Assembly: GCA_042408195.1 (NCBI GenBank)
Contig: JBHOQL010000040.1
Location: 7,041 to 71,040, forward strand
From: Anaerolineae bacterium
GTDB lineage: Bacteria; Chloroflexota; Anaerolineae; SpSt-600
Length of the DNA: 64,000 nucleotides
Direction of reading: 5' to 3'
Shown here: positions 58,801-64,000 of the stretch, piece by piece
How the letters are laid out: each line of letters opens with the position of its first letter
Numbering within the stretch: the first letter of the stretch is position 1
Notes under the pieces: generated by a model
The model's database searches: none
What the model was told of the DNA's origin: nothing
Seen by the model: the letters and a program-made list of their open reading frames with translations, nothing else
Position numbers and translations under genes: made by a program

Positions 58801-59292
58801 TCGCTCCTGCCCCACTTTTACTGGGCGCATTCCCGCGAGGAACTCCTTAAGGGGCATGGTTTTGTAGAGTAAAGAGCGGACTGAAGCGATGACCAACGGG
58901 GGGTTTAGGGGAAAAGCGTTCCGGTAAGGGGTCAGGTAAAGGGAGAGTCTGAACAGGACTTCAATCCTGTGGGCCACAGTTTCCTTACCCCACGGTTCTC
59001 GCTCATAGGGGAGGGCATCGGGCTCCTTGAAAAGGAGGACATCTTCCGGGGATTCAGCCCAGCTGCGGAGTTCCTCGTAGTAGCGGCGAGCTTTTTCCAC
59101 TGAAGACACAATTAAAACTATAGGGCGTTTGAGGTCCTTAAGGAGGGCAGCAAATACAAAAGGCCTAGCTGGCTCAGGGAGGTCCAGGGGAAAGGGAAAA
59201 AAGTTTTTCTCCCCAAGCTTTTCCACCAGCCACCTGTAAGCCTGGTGCTCCCGGAGGATAGGGAGAAGCCCTTTGAGGGTTAAGCTCTCCAT
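55774..59292 (-). CDS. mfd: Transcription-repair coupling factor Mfd
   Basis: It has UvrB-homology, RNAP-interaction and SF2 translocase motifs ([19 protein letters not shown]) and a TRCF C-terminus. Confidence 0.9.
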   Translation of the reverse strand: MESLTLKGLLPILREHQAYRWLVEKLGEKNFFPFPLDLPEPARPFVFAALLKDLKRPIVLIVSSVEKARRYYEELRSWAESPEDVLLFKEPDALPYEREPWGKETVAHRIEVLFRLSLYLTPYRNAFPLNPPLVIASVRSLLYKTMPLKEFLAGMRPVKVGQERPLQKFLRLLYELGYRYETVVDEPGTFGHRGGILDLYPPSSRYPFRMEFFGDEIETIRFFDPGTQRSLGQVEGFVLTPASEALPGFGLEAAKSFSSLDLSSCHPLSRNRFQEDLENLRQGRMFRGIEFYIPFLYSDPGCFLDFLSQETLVITEDFFELEAAIQNLAFQAGEVEKELTRAGEIPQGLLSPYFSGEKLVERIKRRADLVISRGVEETPLGRAFFYAPLYAGQLERLLDESTVMERTGSRVVIVTRQAHRLAEILASRGRIAEPVAKVENPPPPSSLTLVRGILSEGWILQSDGTNTVLLTDAEIFGWTRPAPRRPIKAHRPAPETFFGDIKPGDYVVHIDHGIGIFKGLTRLSLHGVEREYLEVEYAAGDKLYVPVHQADRLSRYVSINDEPPILHRLGTADWEYAKERARRAITEIAKELLQLYTAREVVTGHAFSPDTPWQTELEASFPYEETPDQLKAVEEVKRDMEQPRPMDRLICGDAGYGKTEVALRAAFKAVMDGKQVAVLVPTTVLAQQHYETFKERLKPFPVVVEMLSRFRSPSEQKEILEKLKNGAIDIIIGTHRLLQKDVVFKDLGLVIIDEEQRFGVLHKEHFKKLRTQVDVLTLTATPIPRTLYMSLAGIRDLSTIETPPEERLPVKVYVGPYDETVVRQAILRELNRGGQVFFVHNRVQDIKEVAAKVKKLVPEARVEIAHGQLPEEKLARVMLDFASGKIDILVCTSIIESGLDIPNANTIIVNKADTFGLAQLYQLRGRVGRGSVRAYAYFLYDPDSPLSESARRRLEAIMEAGELGAGLRIALKDLEIRGAGEILGPKQHGHIAAIGFDLYCRLLARAVQELREGEEAAKSSLLALPDVNIDLPLPSYIPDDYISDPFLRLQLYRRMAQLQTLEQIEEIRAELEDRFGPLPVAVRYLLYQLRVKVLALRAGVKSIGVEEGQIAIRLDGAINEAELRKRLGDLVSRGPGHFFPSVRIGRRAIWLPMGKRDEWQKLLEKTLERLGR

Positions 59293-59307
59293 AACGAAAC
59301 CTTCCGC

Positions 59308-60612
59308 TCACTTCTCCCTGACTTTTCTGACCCGCAACCTTACCCCTTCTCTGCCCACCACTTCAATGGCTTCACCCTTGAAAATAGGAGGCTCCATTGC
59401 TTCGGCCGTCCATTCTTCGCTTTTAACCAGAACCGTCCCTAAGGGGTTGAGATCTGAAGTAGCCCATCCCCTTGCCCCTATGACCACATCGAGACCGGTG
59501 AGAGTTTTACGGCGATGAGCTCTCCACACAGCGGAAGCGGCAAGGAGGAAAAAGGCCAAGAAGGAGGCCGTCATTAGGGCCACAAGCCACCATGAGACTC
59601 TGACCGAAGGCATTGCCGGGGAAGCAGTGGGCCAGGGGCTGAAGAGCAGTAAAGAGCCCAAAATGAAAGATATAGCTCCGCCGACGCTCAGGGCGAATCC
59701 TGTTACTTTCAAGTCCAGCAGGAAAAGGATTACGGCCAAAATAATCAAGGCAACGCCGCCCCAGTTCACCGGTAAGCTCCCTAAGGCAACAAAGGCCAAG
59801 ATGAGGCAGATCACCCCTGTTATCCCCGGGATAAAGGTGCCAGGATTGTAGAACTCCGCAATTATGGCCAGGATCCCTAAAGATAGGAGTATGTAAGCTA
59901 TGTCCGGATTGACAAGGGAATGAAGGAGATTATCAGTCCAACTCATCTTCACCCTTTCCACGGAGGCTTCCGCTGTGTTGAGAATGAGTTCTCTGCCCCG
60001 AACTTTCACTTTCCTCCCGTTTATGAGGTGGAGCAGCTCCTCAATATCCGTGGCGATGAGGTCTATCACCCCTTTCTCCAAAGCCTCCTGCGCCGTAATA
60101 GAGGAACTTTCCCGGACAGCCTGCTCGGCCCACTCGGCGTTGCGGCCTCTTTCTTGCGCAATGGCCCTTACGTAAGCAGCAACATCCTGGGTGATCTTTG
60201 TCTCCAGGGTTCCCGTAAGCGGCTCTCCTATGCCTACCGGATGGGCTGCTCCTATGTTGGTGCCCGGAGCCATGGCCGTAACATGGGCAGCCATAGCTAT
60301 AAAGAGTCCTGCCGAGGCTGCCCTGGCCCCTTTGGGAGAAACGTAGACCACCACAGGGACCTCTGAATTCATTATGGTCTGCACGATCTCTCTCATGGCT
60401 GTATCGGTCCCGCCGGGGGTGTCCAGCTCAATAACCAAACAATTGGCCCTTTCCCTTGTGGCCGTCTCAACAGCTTGGCGGACGTAGCGGGCCACAAACG
60501 GGTCTATTACCCCTTTCACGTTGGCCACGTAGACCTTCTGGCCTGTGGCCTCAGCTGCTGTCAGTGCCAGAAGGGCCAATAGCAATGTTAGTGTCAGAAA
60601 CTTTATCCTCAT
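59308..60612 (-). CDS. NfeD-family membrane-bound ClpP-class serine protease
   Basis: It has a signal peptide, a ClpP-like fold ([11 protein letters not shown]...ELDTPGG), TM helices and a C-terminal OB domain. The start MRIKF follows GAGAGGAG. Confidence 0.75.
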   Translation of the reverse strand: MRIKFLTLTLLLALLALTAAEATGQKVYVANVKGVIDPFVARYVRQAVETATRERANCLVIELDTPGGTDTAMREIVQTIMNSEVPVVVYVSPKGARAASAGLFIAMAAHVTAMAPGTNIGAAHPVGIGEPLTGTLETKITQDVAAYVRAIAQERGRNAEWAEQAVRESSSITAQEALEKGVIDLIATDIEELLHLINGRKVKVRGRELILNTAEASVERVKMSWTDNLLHSLVNPDIAYILLSLGILAIIAEFYNPGTFIPGITGVICLILAFVALGSLPVNWGGVALIILAVILFLLDLKVTGFALSVGGAISFILGSLLLFSPWPTASPAMPSVRVSWWLVALMTASFLAFFLLAASAVWRAHRRKTLTGLDVVIGARGWATSDLNPLGTVLVKSEEWTAEAMEPPIFKGEAIEVVGREGVRLRVRKVREK

Positions 60613-63058
60613 CGGCCCCTTTCTCCTCTCGCTTATCAGCAAAAGCTATCTTGAAAACTTCATCCACACGCTCCACCAGCACAAAGTTCATTTCTTTCCG
60701 GATATCCTCTGGTATTTCGGCCAGATCGGGCTCGTTCCGCTTAGGCAGTATTACGGTTTTTATCCCCGCCCTGTGGGCTGCCAGCACTTTCTCTTTGATC
60801 CCTCCCACAGGCAGGACCTGCCCCCTCAGAGTTATCTCTCCTGTCATAGCAATATCGGGGCGGACCGGGCGATTGGTAAGGAGAGAAACCAGGGCCACAG
60901 CCATGGTGATCCCTGCTGATGGGCCATCCTTAGGGATAGCCCCGGCGGGAACATGGAGGTGGATGTCGTGTTTCTCAAAGAAGTCGTCCTCCAGACCTAA
61001 ATCGCTGGCTTTGGAGCGGACATAGCTTAAAGCTGCCTGAGCCGATTCTTTCATTACATCTCCAAGCTGTCCAGTCAGTATGAACCCCTTCTTCCCGGGC
61101 ATTTTGGTAGCCTCTACGAATAGGATATCGCCCCCAGTAGGAGTCCAGGCCAACCCTGTAGCTACGCCAGGGATTTCGGTTCTCTCCATAACATCTGAGT
61201 AATACCTGGGCTTGCCCAGGTAATCCACCAGGTCTTTGACATCAACGTGGAAGGGCCCTTGTTCACCGGAGGCCACCTTAGTGGCTATCTTCCGGCAAAT
61301 AGCACCGATTTCTCTTTCCAAGTTGCGGACCCCGGCTTCCCGGGTGTATTCCCTGATTATCTTGCGGATGGCCTCATCGGATATAGTAACTTCACCCTGG
61401 TGGAGGCCGTTCTCCCTCAATTGCCTCGGCAAGAGGTATTTCTTGGCGATGTGAAGCTTTTCCTCTTCAGTGTAACCGGAGAGATGGAGCACCTCCATCC
61501 TGTCCAGGAGAGCTGGAGGTATTGTGTCAATCACATTGGCAGTAGTGATGAACATAACCTGGGAGAGGTCAAAGGGCACATCCAGGTAATGATCCCTGAA
61601 CTCCCTGTTCTGCTCGGGGTCGAGGACTTCCAGGAGAGCAGCGGCAGGGTCGCCTCTGAAGTCAAGACCGATCTTATCCACCTCATCCAGCATGAAGACA
61701 GGGTTTTTGGTTCCCACCCTTCGGATGGCCTGAATTATGCGGCCGGGGAGGGCACCGACATAGGTTCGGCGGTGGCCCCTTATCTCAGCTTCGTCTCGAA
61801 CTCCTCCCAAGCTTATGCGGATAAACTTACGGCCAAGGGCCCGAGCTATGGACTGGCCAAGAGAGGTTTTGCCCGTCCCTGGAGGCCCTACGAAGCACAG
61901 GATTACTCCTTCCCTTTCTCTACGGATATAGTCGGTGAGTTGGGCTTCTTCTGCCTCCCTCTCCTCTTTCCTCTCTCGTTTCAGCTTACGGACAGCAAGG
62001 TATTCCAGGATGCGCTCTTTGACTTTTTCCAGGTTGTAGTGGTCTTCGTCCAGGATACGCCTCGCTCGTTCTATGTCTAGGTTATCTTCCGTGGCTACAT
62101 TCCAGGGGAGGCTGGTTAGCCAGTCCAGGTAAGTTTTGATAACGGAGTATTCGGCAGCATGAGGTGGCATTTTGCGAAGACGCTCCAGTTCCCTCCTCGC
62201 CTCTTTCTCGGCTTCCTCCGGCATCCCAGCCTTGGCTATTTTCTCTTCCAGCTCTTTTATCTCAAGGGCCTGCTCATCCTCTTCGCCCAGTTCCTTTTTT
62301 ATAGCCTTAAGTTGCTCTCTTAGGAAGAATTCCCGCTGGAGCTTTTCCATCTCCGCCTGAGCCTGGCTCTGGATCTTGCGCCCCAGCTCCAGCACCTCCA
62401 GCTCTCTGGTGAGAATGGTGTTGAGTTTGTGGAGTTTATCGCGGACATGGTCCAGTTCCAGTAATTCCTGAGCCTCTCTGATGTCCATCCTCACGCTCGT
62501 AGCTATTAAGTAAACAAGCTGCCTTGGGTCATCCACGTTAAGGACTGCAGCCATGAGCTCTTCAGGGAGATGGGGAGCAAGGGATACCAGGCGACGGAAC
62601 AGCTCCACGCAGTTACGCATCAAGGCTTCAACTTCAAGGGTTTTCTCCACAATTTCAGGGGCAGGCTTGACCTTGGCTTTAAGATATGGGACCTCTTGGG
62701 TGAACTCTTCGATCCGGAACCTTTCCACACCCTGAACTATTAGGCGCAAGGTACCATCAGGGGCTTTGAAAAGCCGGTGGATTACAGCTGCAGTGCCGGT
62801 CCAGAAGACATCGTTGGGACCTGGCTCTGGGATCTCCGCATCCTTAGCAGCCACAAGGCCTATCAACTTGTTGCCTACGACAGCATCATCCACAAGCCTT
62901 ATGGATCTTGGTTGGCCCACACTGAGGGGGAAAACAGTCAATGGGTAAGCGACCACCTTCCGCAAGGGCAGGATTGACATTTCGCTGGGTATTTCAGCCA
63001 CGCTCTGCACCTCCATTTTCTGCTCCGGAGACTCTTCTTTCTTGAATAAAAAGGCCAT
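60551..63058 (-). CDS. lon: ATP-dependent Lon protease (LonA)
   Basis: It has an N-domain, an AAA+ module (GPPGTGKTS) and a protease domain (DGPSAGIT...). Confidence 0.9.
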   Translation of the reverse strand: MAFLFKKEESPEQKMEVQSVAEIPSEMSILPLRKVVAYPLTVFPLSVGQPRSIRLVDDAVVGNKLIGLVAAKDAEIPEPGPNDVFWTGTAAVIHRLFKAPDGTLRLIVQGVERFRIEEFTQEVPYLKAKVKPAPEIVEKTLEVEALMRNCVELFRRLVSLAPHLPEELMAAVLNVDDPRQLVYLIATSVRMDIREAQELLELDHVRDKLHKLNTILTRELEVLELGRKIQSQAQAEMEKLQREFFLREQLKAIKKELGEEDEQALEIKELEEKIAKAGMPEEAEKEARRELERLRKMPPHAAEYSVIKTYLDWLTSLPWNVATEDNLDIERARRILDEDHYNLEKVKERILEYLAVRKLKRERKEEREAEEAQLTDYIRREREGVILCFVGPPGTGKTSLGQSIARALGRKFIRISLGGVRDEAEIRGHRRTYVGALPGRIIQAIRRVGTKNPVFMLDEVDKIGLDFRGDPAAALLEVLDPEQNREFRDHYLDVPFDLSQVMFITTANVIDTIPPALLDRMEVLHLSGYTEEEKLHIAKKYLLPRQLRENGLHQGEVTISDEAIRKIIREYTREAGVRNLEREIGAICRKIATKVASGEQGPFHVDVKDLVDYLGKPRYYSDVMERTEIPGVATGLAWTPTGGDILFVEATKMPGKKGFILTGQLGDVMKESAQAALSYVRSKASDLGLEDDFFEKHDIHLHVPAGAIPKDGPSAGITMAVALVSLLTNRPVRPDIAMTGEITLRGQVLPVGGIKEKVLAAHRAGIKTVILPKRNEPDLAEIPEDIRKEMNFVLVERVDEVFKIAFADKREEKGADEDKVSDTNIAIGPSGTDSS

Positions 63059-63070
63059 TCTCCCACCTCC

Positions 63071-63493
63071 TTATTTACCAGGCAAAAGCTCAATTGTCTC
63101 TTGGGGCTTGAGTTTAACCGCTTTAGCCTTTGGAATCAGGACCTTGAGGAAGCCATCCTCGTAGACAGCCTCGATTCTGTCCTCCTCGATGGGTCCTGGT
63201 ATGTAAACCTGGGTTTCAAAGCGACCGTAGAGGATTTCCATTTGCTGGTAAGCCAGCTTCTCAACCGGGTCCACCCGAACCCCGGATATGGTCAGGGTAC
63301 GCGAAGAGAAAGAAATTTCAAAGTCTTCGGGCTTCATCCCGGCCACTTCCACCTTTACCACAATGTGGGAATTGGTTTCGTAGACATCGGTGGGTGGCTT
63401 CCAGACCCGCCGGGCGCGTGGGAGGGGATTTATAGTACCCTCAAAGAATTCCACCCGCCACCCGTAAATTCCTCCCATCCAGTCTTTAGCCAT
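63071..63493 (-). CDS. Hsp20/alpha-crystallin small heat-shock protein
   Basis: The alpha-crystallin domain includes ETNSHIVVKVEVAGMKPEDFEISF. The start MAKDW follows GAGGGGG. The track ORF begins at an upstream TTG. Confidence 0.85.
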   Translation of the reverse strand: MAKDWMGGIYGWRVEFFEGTINPLPRARRVWKPPTDVYETNSHIVVKVEVAGMKPEDFEISFSSRTLTISGVRVDPVEKLAYQQMEILYGRFETQVYIPGPIEEDRIEAVYEDGFLKVLIPKAKAVKLKPQETIELLPGK

Positions 63494-63526
63494 CTCAACC
63501 CCCTCGCCTTTGGACTCCAATTTTGA

Positions 63527-63555
63527 ATTTTACCACACGAAGATTTGGATTACAA
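63527..63555 (-). promoter_or_regulatory. Candidate promoter for hsp20-lon (TTGTAA-17-TAAAAT on the minus strand)
   Basis: The reverse complement reads TTGTAAtccaaatcttcgtgtggTAAAAT. Confidence 0.35.
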
Positions 63556-63759
63556 GCTTTTGTCTTCGAAAAACTGGATGAAAAGCGAGCCATCATTCTC
63601 AATCCACCCTTGAGCGGGCCCTCCAGCCAAAGCACATGCTGCCGAGGCGAGTCTGAAAACCAGGGAAAGGAGGCAGAGCCCCTCCAACGCGGGGAAAGGT
63701 CCATCCGGGCATTAGACCTAAAACAGGTTAGCTATCTCTCAAATAACTCCTGTCGAGCT

Positions 63760-63802
63760 TGACATAGTTCGCTTTCTCAAGCATAATGTCATACACTAAG
63801 TA
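63760..63802 (+). promoter_or_regulatory. Candidate promoter (TTGACA-17-CATAAT) overlapped by a 25-bp palindrome TAATGT-N13-ACATTA upstream of the Rrf2 gene
   Basis: TTGACAtagttcgctttctcaagCATAAT reads as a promoter. TAATGTcatacactaagtaACATTA is a 25-bp dyad overlapping the -10, just upstream of GGAGG-ATG at 63820. Confidence 0.35.
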
Positions 63803-63819
63803 ACATTAGGAGGCCTGAA

Positions 63820-64000
63820 ATGATGGTGAACCGTGAGACCGATTACGCTATAAGAGCTATTCTATTCCTTGCCACAAAACCCGAAGGCACAAGGGTTAGC
63901 GCAAAGCAACTAGCTGAGGAAAGGGTTATTCCCAAAGCTCTAACCCGGCGCATCCTCTCTAGGCTCGTAAAGGCCGGCCTCCTGAAAAGCGTCAGGGGAT
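63820..64000 (+). CDS. Rrf2-family transcriptional regulator (N-terminal part; continues beyond window)
   Basis: MMVNRETDYAIRAILFLATKPEGTRVSAKQLAEERVIPKALTRRILSRLVKAGLL is the Rrf2 winged-helix signature. Confidence 0.8.
   Translation, partial: MMVNRETDYAIRAILFLATKPEGTRVSAKQLAEERVIPKALTRRILSRLVKAGLLKSVRG

Noticed and set aside
63566-63590. Inverted repeat CTCAATccacccTTGAG upstream of hsp20-lon that resembles a HAIR (HspR) heat-shock operator
   Set aside because: The half-site order is everted relative to the HAIR consensus CTTGAGT-N7-ACTCAAG. No CIRCE (TTAGCACTC-N9-GAGTGCTAA) is present either, so no known heat-shock operator can be claimed.

Overview
This is a 64 kb stretch of a compact bacterial chromosome of about 55% GC, mostly ordinary housekeeping genes interrupted by several unusual loci. 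The housekeeping content includes moaD-moaC-rph; a stand-alone EF-G paralog operon; nusA-ylxR-infB-rbfA-nrnA-truB-ribF; a CBS-domain family-II pyrophosphatase; a zinc/manganese-type ABC transporter (znuACB) followed by an MFS transporter; infA, ftsK and an S1-domain protein; yloV-degV-recG-coaD; apt; pstCAB-phoU; mfd; nfeD; lon; hsp20; and an Rrf2 regulator. Gene order is Firmicutes/Chloroflexi-like. Secreted proteins carry Pro-Thr-rich linkers, SD sequences are strong GGAGG, several genes use TTG/GTG start codons, and many convergent genes overlap. I would guess a thermophilic Terrabacteria, possibly Chloroflexi-type, but that is inference only. I saw no rRNA, tRNA, CRISPR or obvious mobile element.

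The loci worth a second look are:
- an EF-G paralog with Tyr in place of the catalytic His of DTPGH, heading an operon of uncharacterized proteins;
- a single ORF fusing RibF to an archease;
- a nusA leader with a terminator-like hairpin and no rimP;
- a YdjC deacetylase, AAC(3)-family N-acetyltransferase and gamma-CA operon;
- a 7TM membrane protein with a sigma-70 region-4-like HTH, next to a surface GH3 and a 1406-aa S8 protease;
- an orphan GAF-GAF-HisKA_2 kinase followed by two kinases, divergent from a class III nucleotide cyclase that is translationally coupled (ATGA) to a TruD/Pus7-type pseudouridine synthase;
- a 25-bp palindrome over the promoter of the Rrf2 gene, divergent from hsp20-lon.
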